64,000 nucleotides of DNA from an uncultured Actinomycetes bacterium (GCA_963732985.1 CAVTBP010000010.1:23986-87985); one strand, 5' to 3'. Positions 46,600 through 58,862 are shown, counted from the first letter of the stretch. Made by a program: numbers and translations. The notes: generated from the sequence alone by a model not told the origin.

Positions 46600-47520
46600 G
46601 CACCGGCGTCGCATCGTCACGCGCAGGGCGGCACGGCCGTGGGCAGATTCCGACGACCGACCTGCCGAGCGCTCGCGTCGCCCCGCCCGCCGCACACGGC
46701 TGCTGCTGGTCGTCCTCCCGCTCCTCACGCTCGCGTGGCGGTCGCGTTCTCGCTCGCCCCGCAGGACAAGCCCGCCCTCCCCGAGGCTGCTCCGCGGCGG
46801 CGACGGGTCTGGTCGTCGTGTCGACGTCTCGTGGAGCACGCTCGCGTACTCCCACCTCATCGCGCAGTCGCTGCTCGCGCTCGGCCGTGATCCCGTCTCA
46901 GAAGGCCGGCCTCGTCCTCGCGTCCGACAGCGCCTACGTCGCGCTGCCGCCGGAGGCCCCGGGATCGGCACTCGACGGCTGGCAACGGCTGATCACCGCC
47001 GTCGCGAGAGCAACCGCAAGATCGCCGCGAGGGCCAAGCAGGACCGCACGCCGATCCCGTACCCGACGCCGGGCGACTATCCGTGGGCCGGGGTCTTCAC
47101 CGGTGGAACGCGTCTCTCCGCCGGCATCGCGCGCGCGACGGCGGCGCTCCGCGAGTCGGGAACGCCCGGCGGTCGCATCGTCCTGATCAGCGATCTCCGC
47201 GACGCGCCGGACGACCTCCCGCGGGTGAGCGCCGCGATCACGCGGCTGCACGAGCTCGGCATGGAGCTGCGCGTCGTGGTCGTCGGCAACGCCCCGCGAG
47301 ACCGGAAGGCGTTCGCGGACAAGGGCAGTGCCGACTTCGTGATGAGCGCCGCCGATGCGGTGTACGCCCCGCGCCGCGCGCCGACGCTGCCCGTCGTGCC
47401 GCCGGCGGCGCTGCTCGTCGTCCTCGGCGTCGTGCTCGCGGCGCTGCTCACGGCGGTCGAGTTCCTGCTGCCGCGCTTCCGCTGGGGCGCACCGACAGCG
47501 ACGCCCGGGGTGGACGATGA
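46596..47520 (+). CDS. VWA domain membrane protein (frameshifted)
   Basis: DVSWS MIDAS-like, AYVALPP, GGTRLSAGI, VLISD; C-terminal TM. Confidence 0.75.
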
Positions 47521-48165
47521 GGCGACGGCCGCTTGTGCGCGCACTCGCCGGGATCGTGCTGCTCGCGCTCGCGTGTGGAGCAGCACTGCTGTCGCGCGGC
47601 GTCGCCGCTGCGGAGCAGAAGCTTCCGTGCGCACCAGGCCCGACTGGCAGCGCGGGCTCGTCGCGCAGCCGGCCCAGCGCGCCCGAGGCGACTGCAGGAG
47701 GTGGCCGAGAGCCTGCTCGGGATTCGCACGCGCAACGCGGTCCTCGCCGCGTACCTCGACTACCGCCACGGGCTCGAATCGATGTCGAGGGCGCAGTCTT
47801 CCCGCAGACGCAGGCGCGCTGGAACGCGATCGCGACGATGAGCAGGCTCCGCGGCTCGCTGGCGAGCGCGCGTGACCGGGCGGGCGTCGACGTGACGCTC
47901 GGCGTCGTCTACGCAGCGAGCGCCGAGGCAGCCGGGCCGACGGCGCTGAGGCAGAGGCTCCAGACCAACGCGGTGAACGCGTTCCGGCGCGGCGTGCTCG
48001 AGCATCCGACGGCGCACGGAGGCGAAGCTCGGGCTCGAGACGCTGCTGACGTCCGCAAAGGTCGCGGCCGACGCCCGGGCGCGCGCGCGGAACGACCGGC
48101 TGAGCGATCAGCAGGGCAAGCCCACGACGACGCCGCAGAGCGGGCGTGCCGGCACGGGCTACTGA
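47517..48165 (+). CDS. hypothetical membrane-anchored helical protein (frameshifted)
   Basis: N-terminal TM; AVNAFRRGV..HP...AKLGLE (TPR-like); ends GTGY. Confidence 0.55.
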
Positions 48166-49173
48166 TGAGCAGCGTGCCGCTCTCGTCCCTCGTGTTCCTG
48201 CACGCCCGCCGCGAGCCTGGTCGCGCTGGCGTTCGTCGCGCCCCTCGCCGCCCTGCTGCTGCGGGAGCGCCGCAGCGCGCACGTGCGCTCGGCGCTCGGC
48301 CTGAGCGACCCGCCGCTGCACCGGCGGCTGGCGCGCGCCACCGGACTGGTTCTCGCCGCCGTGCTCGTCGCGTCTCGCCGCCGCGCAGCCCGCGCTCCGC
48401 AGTCTCGACGGCGCCCGCATGAGGACGGACGCCGAGCTGTACCTCACCTTCGACGTGAGCCGCTCGATGCTCGCATCGTCCGCGCCGCAAGGCAGCGACG
48501 CGGCTCGATCGTGCGCGTGCCCTCGCCGTACGGGTGCAACGCGGGCCTGCCGGACATCCCGGCCGGCGTCGCGACGATCACGAACCGGATGATGCCGCTC
48601 CTGTTCCCGATCCCGGACGGACGCGGCGTGTCGGCTGTCCTCGACCATTCGGTCGCCATCATGCAGCCGCCGCCGGCTCGGCTCACCACGCCACGCGCGA
48701 CGCAGCTCGGAGCGATGACGCTCGCCGCGCACCGCACCTACTTCAGCCGCACCGCGCAACACCGCGCGCTCGTCGTCCTCAGCGACCTGGACACCGACTT
48801 CTTCGGCCTCAGCGGCACGCTGGCCGCGCTGCACCGCAGCCGGATCGAGCCGTTCATCGTTCGGGTGGCCCGCCCCGGCGAGCGGATCTTCGCGGCGGAC
48901 GGCCGGCCCGAGTCGTACCGCTCGACCAGCTCGCTCGCCGTCAGCTCGCTCCGCGCGGCCGGCTGGCACGCGTACGAAGAGAGTCAGCTCGAGACCGCGA
49001 TCGAGGATATTCGGGCCTACACCGGTGCAGGCCCGACGCGTCCCACGGGGATCATCGAGGCCCAGCGCAACCTCGCCCCGCTCGCCGCACTGGCCGCGCT
49101 GGTGGTGGTCGCCGCGCTGACCGTGCCGAGCCTGCTCGCCGGGCTGCGACCGCTGCCCGAACGACGCTACTAG
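48165..49173 (+). CDS. VWA domain membrane protein (frameshifted)
   Basis: FDVSRSM MIDAS, ALVVLSD; N- and C-terminal TM. Confidence 0.78.
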
Positions 49174-50246
49174 GAGAGATGACCGGCAGGTATGGCCGGC
49201 GGCACGAACGTCGAGGTGAGAGCCACGGCACGCGCTTCGGTCATCGACGTGTTGATCGCGTCGAGGATCTCGACGACGTGGGCGGCATGCTCGGCGCCGG
49301 GCCGGTGCGGACGCCCCGCGGCCACCGCGTCGCCGAGCTCCGCGAGGGCGCGGCCCCAGTCGGTGCCGCGGAATGCGGGCGCCAGGGTCGGTACCGGCTC
49401 GTACGAGCCGCCGAACTCGGCGATCTCGACCTTCGCGTCGAACTCCTGCCAGCTGTCGATGAAGAGCGAGCCCTTGTCACCGTGGAACTCGATCCCTCGC
49501 TGCTTCGAGTGCTGACCGACGTAGAAGGTCGAGGTCAGGCGGACGAGCGGGCCTGACTCGAGCTCGATCGCCGCCACGACGACGTCCGGAGCCTCGACGC
49601 GGAAAGGCTCGCCGTCCGAGGTGACCCGATCCGGGAGCACGACGCGCCCGTACGCCGTGACGCTGCGTGCGGGGCCGAACATCGCGGTGATGATCGTGAG
49701 GGGATACACGCCGACGTCGACGAGCGGGCCGATGGCGTAGAACGGCGCCGGTCTCGGATGCCAGCGCTCGATGCGCCCCCAGTTGACCTCCGCGTACACG
49801 ACACGCACCGTGCCGATCGCCCCCGAGACGATCGCGTGCCACGCCGTCTCCTGGGCTTCGCCCATGAACGTGATCGGTGAGCAGCTGAGGCGCACGCCGT
49901 TCGCCTGCGAGAGCTCGACCAGGGCGCGCGCCTCCGGATAGCTGTCGGCCATCGGCTTCTCGGTGTGAACGTGCTTGCCCGCCTCGAGCGCGCGAGCGGT
50001 GACGTCGGCATGGGCCCCGTGGGAGGTCAGGTTGATCACGGCGTCGACCTGGGGCTCGGCGAGAATCGCGTCGAGCGACGCATAGGCAGTGCCGCCGAAC
50101 CGGGCGACGAACTCCTGGGTTCGGTCACGATCGAGATCGGTCGCTCCCGCGATCCTGATCGTGTCGTAGGCCTGCAGCGTCTCTCCGTACCGACCTGCGA
50201 TGTTGCCACAGCCGACAACGGCGACGTGGAGCAGTGGATCAGGCAT
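49170..50246 (-). CDS. Gfo/Idh/MocA family NAD(P)-dependent oxidoreductase
   Basis: [29 protein letters not shown]. Confidence 0.93.
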   Translation of the reverse strand: MPDPLLHVAVVGCGNIAGRYGETLQAYDTIRIAGATDLDRDRTQEFVARFGGTAYASLDAILAEPQVDAVINLTSHGAHADVTARALEAGKHVHTEKPMADSYPEARALVELSQANGVRLSCSPITFMGEAQETAWHAIVSGAIGTVRVVYAEVNWGRIERWHPRPAPFYAIGPLVDVGVYPLTIITAMFGPARSVTAYGRVVLPDRVTSDGEPFRVEAPDVVVAAIELESGPLVRLTSTFYVGQHSKQRGIEFHGDKGSLFIDSWQEFDAKVEIAEFGGSYEPVPTLAPAFRGTDWGRALAELGDAVAAGRPHRPGAEHAAHVVEILDAINTSMTEARAVALTSTFVPPAIPAGHLS

Positions 50247-51075
50247 GGGTGTCGCCTCCGTTGTCCGCGAGTTGAGCTCGCAGCTGCGCGAGCATCTGGA
50301 TGCATTCCTCCGTCGGGTCGAAGTCGTACGGCTCGTGCTCGACGCTCAGCGCGCCCTCGTAGCCGATCGCGACGAGCGCGTCGACGCACCGCGCCACCTC
50401 GGCGCATCCGGTGCCGTGCAGGCACGTGACGTGCGTGCCGGGCTCCTCCACGTCCTTGAGGTGGACGTGCATGATGCGGTCGCCGAGTTCGACGATCGCC
50501 TGCACCGTGTCGTAGCCCTGCGTCGCGTACCAGCCGGTGTCGACGGCCGTGCCGAGCACGTCGGCGGCGTCTCCGATCTTGGCCAGCGTCTCCGCCGGGG
50601 TGCGCTCGGGGTGGTTCTCGTACGCGAGGCGGACGCCGTGCTCCCTGAGCACGGTCTCGGTGGCCGCGCGATCGGTGAGCAGGAGGTCGGCCATGCCGCC
50701 GAGCAGCGGCGCGTCCAGTGCCGTCGCCAGCCGGCAGGCCGAGGCAAGCTCGTCGGGCGTGCTGCCAAAGCCGCCCGCGAGGCTGACCACGCGCAGACCG
50801 TGCCGCTCGAGCGCCTGGGTGGCGATCAGGACGTGGTCGGGCGTCGCCCACCGCCAGTTGAGGTGCGCCACCCACAGGTCGAGCGTGTCGAAGCCCGCGC
50901 CGCGAATCGCGCCGAGCAGCTCGTCGAAGCGCGCACCGAAGGTGTCGAGCGGCGCGAAGGCGGCGTTCGTGGCCGTGTCGCACGGCCCCCACTCCGTCGC
51001 CATCCCGTAGCCGATCTCCTGGGCGACGTAGTTCGCGCTCATGAACGAGACGGTGTGAGGGGCGGTGCGGCTCAT
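50239..51075 (-). CDS. sugar phosphate isomerase/epimerase (xylose isomerase-like TIM barrel, AP_endonuc_2)
   Basis: [27 protein letters not shown]. Confidence 0.88.
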   Translation of the reverse strand: MSRTAPHTVSFMSANYVAQEIGYGMATEWGPCDTATNAAFAPLDTFGARFDELLGAIRGAGFDTLDLWVAHLNWRWATPDHVLIATQALERHGLRVVSLAGGFGSTPDELASACRLATALDAPLLGGMADLLLTDRAATETVLREHGVRLAYENHPERTPAETLAKIGDAADVLGTAVDTGWYATQGYDTVQAIVELGDRIMHVHLKDVEEPGTHVTCLHGTGCAEVARCVDALVAIGYEGALSVEHEPYDFDPTEECIQMLAQLRAQLADNGGDTHA

Positions 51076-51942
51076 GAGGCGACGTAGTGATCGTCGTCGA
51101 CGAGCCGGAGGGCACCGGTGCTCTCCATGGCGACGGGCTCGAGCTCGTCCGGCGTGCCTTCCCACTTCTCGGGCAGCTGCGGCACGCAGGCGACGAGCAT
51201 CTTCGTGTACGGGTGCAGCGGGTTGCCGAAGACCTTCTGCGTCGGCCCCATCTCGACGACGACGCCGCGGCGCAGGATCACGGTACGGTCGGAGATGTAG
51301 TTCCCGAGCGACAGGTCGTGCGTCACGAACAGGACCCCGAGACCGCGCTCCTTGCAGGTCGCCGAGCAGGTTGAGCACGTCGATTCGCGTCGAGGCGTCG
51401 AGCATGCTGATGATCTCGTCCGCGACGAGGTAGTTGATGTCGAGCAGGAGGGCGCGGGCGATCAGCAGGCGCTGGAGCTGCCCGCCGCTCAGCTGGTGCG
51501 GGTACTTGCCGAGCACGTCGCCGGCTCGAGCCCGACGGCCTCGAGCGACGAGCGGCGCTCGTGCCTGCCACTCGCTGCGACCGAGGCCGCGCAGGTAGTT
51601 CGACGCGGATCATCTCGAAGACGCGGTCGGCCTTGAAGACGGGGTTGTAGGAGCTGAACGGATCCTGGAAGACCCCCTGCACGTTCCCGTAGTACTGACG
51701 GAGCGCGCGACGCTGGAGCGTCGAGACGTCCTGGCCGTCGACGGTGATCGTGCCGGACGTCGGCGGGCGTGAGGCGCAGGATCATCCTGCCGACCGTGCG
51801 TCTTGCCGCTGCCGCTCTCGCCGATCAGCGAGACGATCTCGCCGCGGTCGATCGTGAAGCTGACGTTCGACACCGCGGCGAGCTGCGTGCCGCCGAACGT
51901 CCCGGTCTTGTAGACCTTCGTCACGCCGTCGAGCTCGAGCAT
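51072..51942 (-). CDS. Opp/Dpp-type ABC transporter ATP-binding protein (frameshifted)
   Basis: [40 protein letters not shown]. Confidence 0.92.
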
Positions 51943-52902
51943 CAGGCGCCCACCTTCCAGCAGGCGGCAAGTCGCCCCGGGTGCGACCTCGACGAACGGC
52001 GGCTCCTCGACGCACTTCTCGAACGCGAGCGGGCACCGGTCGCGAAAGCGGCATCCCGAGGTCGGGTCGAGGAGCGACGGCGGGCGACCCGGGATGCCCG
52101 TCAGCCGCTGCTCCGCGTAGCGGACGCCGACCTCGGGGAGCGAGCCGATCAGGAGCTTGCGTGTACGGGTGCAGCGGGTTGGCGACGATCTCGTCCGTCG
52201 GCCCCTTCTCGACGAGCTTGCCGGCGTACATGATCAGGATCGTGTCGGCGATCTGGTAGAGGATCGAGAGGTCGTGGGTGATCACGATCGTGCTCTTCAC
52301 GAAGCCGCGGTCGCGGAACTCGACGAGCATCTCCGCCACGGCCCGCTGCGTCGACACGTCGAGCGCCGACGTGAGCTCGTCCGCGATCAGGAGCGACGGG
52401 TCGAGCAGCGTCGACAGCACCATCACGACCCGCTGCTTCTGCCCGCCGGAGAGCTCGATCGGGTAGCGGCGCGAGCACGCTCGTCGTCGAGGCCGACGAG
52501 GCCGAGCCGGCGACGCGAGCTCGGGCAGCGTGTCGTCGTAGTCGACGCCGCGCGAGTCGAGCAGCTCGGAGATCATCCGCCCGATCCTGCGGATCGGGTT
52601 GAGCGCGCTCATCGCGTACTGCGGGATGATCGACACCTCGCGGAAGCGGAAGTCGTTCATCGCCTTGCGTGTCGCCGATCGGGCAGCTCGACGCCCGTCC
52701 AGCTGCACGGAGCCCCCGATCAGGCGCATGCGGCCGTCGAGCCGGATCAGGCTCTTGCCGAGCGTCGTCTTCCCGCAGCCCGACTCGCCGGCCAGCCCCA
52801 TGATCTCCCCGTCGGCGACCTGAAGGTGGCACCGTCGAGCGCCTGCACGTCGCCGTGCAGCGTGCGGTAGTACACGCGGAGGTTGTCGACGGCGAGGCTC
52901 AT
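51942..52902 (-). CDS. Opp/Dpp-type ABC transporter ATP-binding protein (frameshifted)
   Basis: GESGCGKT, YPIELSGGQKQR, ADELTSALD, GCRFRDRC. Confidence 0.92.
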
Positions 52903-53836
52903 GTGTCGCGCAGCTTCGGGTTGAACACCTCGTCGAGGCCGACGTTCATCACGTAGAGCCCGCCGACGATCGCGGTGATCGCGAGCCCCGGCGGGATGAA
53001 CCACCACCAGTACCCGAGCTGCAGCGCAGCGTTGCGAGACGGCCGTGTTCATCATCAGGCCGAGCGACATCACCTGCGACGGGCCGAGACCGAGGAAGTC
53101 GAGCGTCGCGGCGATGAGGATCGAGCCGCCGAACAGGAGGATGAAGACGAGAAACAGGTACGAGCTCATGTTCGGGGCGATCTCCCGCGCGATCACCTTG
53201 ACGCTCCCCTGGCCCGAGAGCCGCGCCAGGGCTGACGAAGTCGCGCGACGACGAGCGAGAACGTCTGCGCACGGATCGCGCGAGCCGCCCACGGCCACGA
53301 GGTGACCCCGATCAGCACCGCTTCGCCAGAAGAGGCTGCCGACGCTGAGGTACGCGGCGACGATGATCAGCACCGCGAGCGTCGGGATCACGAGCACGAC
53401 GTTCGTGAGCATGCTCAGCATGTCGTCGACGACGCCGCCGCGGTAGCCGCCGACGAACCCGATCACCATGGCGATCGTGGCCGCCACGACGCTCGCCACA
53501 GCGCCGACGACGAAGCTCGACCGCAAGCCGTAGACGAACTGCGCGAACACGTCCTGCCCGGCCCCGGTCGTCCCGAGCCAGTGCTCGGACGACGGCGGCT
53601 GCCCGGTCGGATAGCCGAACTCGAACGGGTCGGCGTCCGTCAGCCACGGCCCGACGATCGCGAGCCCGAGGAAGAACGAGCACGACCGACAGCCCGATCA
53701 CGAGCTTCCGGTTGCGGAACGCGAAGTACAGCGTCTCGCTGCGCCGCCGGCGCGGCGGGAGCGTCTCGTCGACGACGACCGCGATCGACGCTGAGCCCGT
53801 GCCGACGGTCTCGGTGTGCTGGTCGGCGGTCGACAC
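52899..53836 (-). CDS. Opp/Dpp-type ABC permease (DppC-like; frameshifted)
   Basis: HWLGTT..GQDVF, LDFLGLG, WWWFIPPG, DEVFNPKLR. Confidence 0.9.
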
Positions 53837-54829
53837 TACTGACCCCTGGATCCCGGTGCGCGTGCGCGGGTCGACGATCACGTAGGCGATGTCGACGAGG
53901 AAGTTCGCGATCAGCACGCCGATGATGATGAACAGGAACAGGCCCTGCAGCAGGAAGTAGTCGCGATTCTGGATGGCCGTGATGATCAGCGACCCCATGC
54001 CGGGGTAGCCGAACACGATCTCGGTCACGAGCGCGCCGCCGACGACCGCGCCGAGCGCGAGGGCGAGGCCGGACATCTGCGGCAGCACGGCGTTGCCGTA
54101 CGCGTACTTGCGCACGAGCTTGCTGGGCGCGCCGAGCGCCTGCAGGTAGTTCGCGTACTCGGCCTCGAGCTCGTAGATGATCAGGTTGCGCATGCCGATC
54201 GCCCAGCCGCCGAACGCGACGAGGAAGAGCGTGAGGAAGGGTAGGAACCAGTGGCTCAGGAAGCTGCGCGCGAACTCCCACGACCATTCCGGCTGCAGCG
54301 AGAAGTCGTACGCGCCCGAGACCGGGAACCACTCGAGCCGGAAGGCGAGGAAGTAGGCGAGCACGAGCGCGAGCCACATGTACGGCGTCGCGGTGAGCAC
54401 GTACGCAAACGGGAAGCGCGGTGTTGTCGAGCACCTTGCGCCGTGCGGCCATCGCGCCGACGCGGTTGCCGAGCGACGTAGCTGAGCACGATCGACGGGA
54501 CCGAGCAGCGCCAGCGTGTACGGCAGCGCCTGCCAGATCAGGTCGCTCACCCGTCGAGCCGACGTAGGCGATGCTCGGCCCGAGATCGCCGTGGAAGAGC
54601 CCCCACCAGAAGTTGAGGTACTGGCGCCACAGGGGCTGGTCGAGCCCGAACGACTCCGTGAAGTAGCCGTGCAGCTCCTGTGAGGCAGTCGAGTCGAGCC
54701 TGCAGGCGCGCGATGAGGCCGTCGATGGGGTTGCCCGGCATCAGCCGCGGGATCGCCCAGTCGATCGTCACGGCGACGAAGAACGTGAGGAGGTAGATCG
54801 CGATCTTGCGGGCTGAGGTAGCGCTTCAC
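53836..54829 (-). CDS. Opp/Dpp-type ABC permease (DppB-like; frameshifted)
   Basis: PRLMPGNP, NAVLPQ, TEIVFGYPGMG, DYFLLQG, DPRTR. Confidence 0.9.
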
Positions 54830-54891
54830 GTGTCGTCCCAGAGTGTGCGCGTCGCTGGTCGAGGTGTCGAGGCCGGACGACGGACGGCGCC

Positions 54892-54925
54892 GGCCGCTGC
54901 CCCTCCCGAGGGAGGGGCAGCGGCC
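54892..54925 (-). terminator. 15-bp GC hairpin downstream of the solute-binding protein gene (mRNA stabiliser/partial terminator)
   Basis: GGCCGCTGCCCCTCC-cgag-GGAGGGGCAGCGGCC. Confidence 0.7.
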
Positions 54926-54955
54926 CGACGACCGCGTCTTCGCGAGATCGACGAA

Positions 54956-56694
54956 CTACTTCTTCTTCAGCTTCGCGAGCGCGTCGATGCCCGTCATGTT
55001 GAGGTAGCCGTTCCCACACGGAGGGCGTGTTCTGCAGCCCGGCCCCCGTCGCAGCTCGGGAAGTTCGTCCAGACGCTCGTGTTGTACTGCGACCACATCC
55101 CGTTGTACCAGAGCGGGATCGCAGGCAGATCCTCGAGGATCGTCTTCTGGATCTGCGAGTGGAGCTTCTTCGCCTTCACCACGTTCGAGGTCGGGATCTT
55201 GTTCAGCGTGAGCGTCTGCGCCCACGGCCCGGCGCCCGCCTCGGTGAAGCGCGAGAAGTTCGCGAACGTCTGCTGATCCGCGACCGGCAGGTGGAAGAGG
55301 TAGTCGTAGTAGGTGTACGGCGTGTTGCCGATCTGCTTCTCGTTGTTGATCACGAGGTCGAACTTGCCGGAGTTGCGCTCGTCGACCAGCCCGTTGAAGT
55401 CCGGGTAGGCCGGCGTGAGCTTGATGCCGGCGTCCTTGGCGCTGTCGGCGATGATCTGGATGGCGGTCATCCAGTCCGACCAGCCGTTCGGGACGATGAT
55501 CCTCAGGTTGATGTTCGACCCGTCCTTGTTCTCGACGAAGCCGTCACCGTTCGTGTCCCGGTAGCCGGCGCCGGCGAGCAGCGTCTTCGCGCGTGCGGTG
55601 CTGTACGTGAAGCCGAGCTTCTTGGCCTGGGCCTTGTCGATCCACTTGTTCCAGGTCGGCAGGAGCCCTGTCGGGTTGGCCTTCGCCACGATGTTGCCGT
55701 AGTCGGCCGTGACGATCTGGTTGATGTTGATCGACGTCGCCAGCGCCCGGCGGAACACCTTGTCGTTGAGCGGCTTGTGCGTCGTGTTCGGCACGAGCCA
55801 GGCGGTGTTGGCCGACAGCATGTACGGCGCCTTCTTGTAGTAGGTCTGGATCTGGCCGCCGATCTGCTTGTCGATGCCGGGGAAGAAGTTGTTGCTCAGG
55901 TCGATGTTGCCCTGCAGGAAGTTCTGCAGCGAGGCGGTGTTCGACGTGTTGTGGATGTCGACGATGTGCTGCATGGGCATCCGCATACCGAGGGCCTTCG
56001 TCGCCCACCAGCCGGCGCGTCGGTTCCACTGCAGCGTCCCCGACGTGCCTGCGCCGGCGCCGTACTTGAACGGCCCGGTGCCGACCTGCTTGTTGGCGGC
56101 GTCGGTGTTGCCGGAGATGATCTCGGTGGCGCTGTAGCCCGACCAGATGTGCCGCGGGACGATCGGGATCGAGTACATGTTGTTGTCCCAGTCCTGGTAG
56201 TTCGGCGTGCCCCTGAAGTTGAAGCGCACGACGTTGCCCCTGGTGGTGACGCTGGTCAGGCCGGTCTTCCACATCGTCGCGAACTGGGAGCCTTCGAGCT
56301 TGCCGGTCTCGAACGTGAACTTCACATCAGCTGCCGTCAGGGGCTTGCCGTCGTTCCATGTCACTCCCCTGCGGAGCGTCACGACGTAGCTCTTGCCCAC
56401 CCAGTGGCCGTTCGTGGCGAGCCACGGGATGAACTTGTCCTTGAGCGGGTCGTACCGGAACAGGGTCTCGTACAGCAGCCCGAGTGTCCCGGTGGCGTAA
56501 TCGGGCCTGAGTGGGTTGAAGCTGTCGAACGGGCCCCACGCGGTGCCCGACGTGTACAGCGTGGCTCCCCGCGGTAGCGCGCTCGATTCCTGCGACTGCG
56601 CGCCTGCACCTGCGGTGAACGATGCGACCGCGACCGCCGCGACGAGGGTGACCACGCCGAGACCGAGGGCCGTCCTGCTCTTGCGGGTTGACAT
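54956..56694 (-). CDS. family 5 ABC solute-binding protein, probably oligosaccharide-binding
   Basis: AGGAGG RBS, signal peptide; LYETLF, PWLAT, WNDGKPLTAADVKFTF, GTGPF, PNGWSDW; glycosidase context. Confidence 0.9.
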
Positions 56695-56786
56695 GATCTG
56701 TGTTCCTCCTGGTGATGTGCCCTGATTTTCGACGGTCGTGTGAGGGGGCGACGCGTCCTGTGGTTGACTGGTCTGGGGGTCTGGGG

Positions 56787-58802
56787 CTAACGGGTCGTTC
56801 GCAGGTGAGACGGACGCATCCCTCCCTTCGTTAGCGTCGCGACCGCGAGCGTGGTTCCACTCTCGTCCGCGGCGAGGGGCAGCGGCACGTCGAGGGGAAG
56901 CACCGCGACCCCGAACGGGTCGAGCGTCAAAGGCCAGGCGGAATCGCCGAGAACGGCGCCGCCGGCCGGGAGCGGTTCGAGCGAGAGCTCGTCCTCGGAG
57001 GCGTTGACGAGGACGATCGTGCTGGTGGCACCGCTTGCCAGGCAGCCTGCAAGGACTCGCGGGTCGTCGACCCGAACGGGTCTCGAGACCCCTGCCGCGG
57101 TGGCAAGCGCCGAGTAGATGCGCCAGGTGCTCTCGGGGTTCGCCCACGGGGTCCGGGCCGCCATGTGCTCGAGCGGATACGTACAGAGGAAGGTCTGGCC
57201 GGCGCCGAGCGCATGCCGCACGAGGGCGGGACGCTCATGGCCGTCGACGGCGACGACGTCGGCTCCGGCAAGCTCGACCGGCAGGTACGAGCGGGCGCTC
57301 GGCGAGCCGGCGACCCGGAACGAGAGCCGTGTGCCGGACGTGATCTCGCCGAGGTCCTCGACGAAGCGGAAGACGACCTCGTCGTCGACGATCGGATCGA
57401 CGAGCCCGTACCGCAGCAGGTGACGTACGCCGAAGATCTCGTCCAGCCACGACAGCCACGGACCGCGCTGGTTCGGGGTGCTGCCCGCGAAGTAGGACAG
57501 GTAGACGGTCGCGCCCTCGTCCGCCAGGTGCCGCAGGCGGTCGAGGCCGGGTGCGGTGAGGAGCTTCGCGCACGGGGCCAGGTAGAGCCGGGCGCCACTG
57601 CTGATGCCGTCGCGCTCGCGGACGAGCTCGACGGGCAGGTCGGCCTCCCGTGCGGCGACGTACGACTGGAGCAGGTTCTCGCCGATGTCCTGGCGGTAGT
57701 CGGGGCTCGTGAACGGAAGCGCGCGCTCGAAGTGCTCGGGCACGACGATGGCCGCCTCGCCCTTGACGGGCTTCCAGCCGTCGACGGCGAGCCCGCGCAC
57801 GAGCTCGGAGAACGACGCCATCTCGTGCAGCTGCTCCTTCGGCCGTCCGTTCGAGTCGGTGAGGCCGAAATGGAGCTCGAAGACGTGGTGACGGTACGGG
57901 TCCTCGTCGCGAATGTCGTCGTAGTCGCAGTTGTTCCAGGCGAGCCAGCCGCGCGCGCCGGCGAGCAGTGTCGTGTGCAGGACCTGCCGGTAGTACGCGG
58001 CCGCGCTCTCCTCGCACGCGAAGTCGGAGCTGACCCCGAACTCCTCGAGCACGACGGGCTTGCCGAAGCCGCCGGCGAGCTCGCAGTGGAACGCCGGCGT
58101 GAGGAACTGGCGCAGCTGATCGTCCTGCATCGGGTAGGAGTGCGGGCCGACGAAGTCGACGAGCGGCGCCAGAGCGCGCAGCGAGTATCCGTTGTCCACG
58201 CCGGAGACCTCGACCCCCCACGCCCCGTCGCCGAGCGAGATCGGCTGCGTCGCTCCCGTCGAGCGAACCGCCTCGACGATCGTGCGCGCCCACGCGGCGA
58301 CCACGTCCGCCGGCGCCCGGCCGCCGTACAGCGGCATCTCGTTCGAGACGAGCCAGCCGGTCACCGCCAGGTGCGTACCGAAGCGGCGGGCTATCTCGGC
58401 CGCGAACCACGCCTGCTGCGAGACGAGCCAGACGTCGCGGTAGAGGTCGCGGCCCTCACGCCAGGCCGGGTCCCAGTTCTCACCGGACATGTGGCCGACG
58501 ATGAAGGTCGGGATCGTGCGCATCCCGAGCTCGACGTGCGCGTCGAGGAAGTCGGCGAACCGCTCGACCACGTCCTCGTCGAGACGGTCGGGCTCCGGCA
58601 TGAAGTCGGGCCAGAAGCAGAACGAGCGGGTGACGCCGAGACCGTGCTCGGCGAGCACGTCGAGCTCCTCGCGGACGACGTCGCCGTCGTACCGCGCCCA
58701 CATCCGCGGCCCGCCGGCGCGTGACCAGAAGTTGACGCCGAGCCACGGCAGCGGTGTCGATCCCCTGGTTGAGCTTCCCGTCTCGAACCCGTCGTCGGTC
58801 AT
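56787..58802 (-). CDS. clan GH-A glycoside hydrolase, GH5-like beta-mannanase/mannosidase with C-terminal extension
   Basis: LGVNFW, WPDF.PEP, GHMSGENW, SNEM (acid/base), GPHSY, LEEFG (nucleophile), AWNNCD. Confidence 0.82.
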   Translation of the reverse strand: MTDDGFETGSSTRGSTPLPWLGVNFWSRAGGPRMWARYDGDVVREELDVLAEHGLGVTRSFCFWPDFMPEPDRLDEDVVERFADFLDAHVELGMRTIPTFIVGHMSGENWDPAWREGRDLYRDVWLVSQQAWFAAEIARRFGTHLAVTGWLVSNEMPLYGGRAPADVVAAWARTIVEAVRSTGATQPISLGDGAWGVEVSGVDNGYSLRALAPLVDFVGPHSYPMQDDQLRQFLTPAFHCELAGGFGKPVVLEEFGVSSDFACEESAAAYYRQVLHTTLLAGARGWLAWNNCDYDDIRDEDPYRHHVFELHFGLTDSNGRPKEQLHEMASFSELVRGLAVDGWKPVKGEAAIVVPEHFERALPFTSPDYRQDIGENLLQSYVAAREADLPVELVRERDGISSGARLYLAPCAKLLTAPGLDRLRHLADEGATVYLSYFAGSTPNQRGPWLSWLDEIFGVRHLLRYGLVDPIVDDEVVFRFVEDLGEITSGTRLSFRVAGSPSARSYLPVELAGADVVAVDGHERPALVRHALGAGQTFLCTYPLEHMAARTPWANPESTWRIYSALATAAGVSRPVRVDDPRVLAGCLASGATSTIVLVNASEDELSLEPLPAGGAVLGDSAWPLTLDPFGVAVLPLDVPLPLAADESGTTLAVATLTKGGMRPSHLRTTR

Positions 58803-58862
58803 CGCTGCGCGAACCTCTTGTCGCTCGTCCGGCACCGCCGTCGGCACCGGTCGATCCTCTGG

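Noticed and set aside
54994-57147. 717-aa N-terminally extended solute-binding protein
   Set aside because: A strong RBS and signal peptide define the start at 56694; the extension overlaps the GH5 gene.
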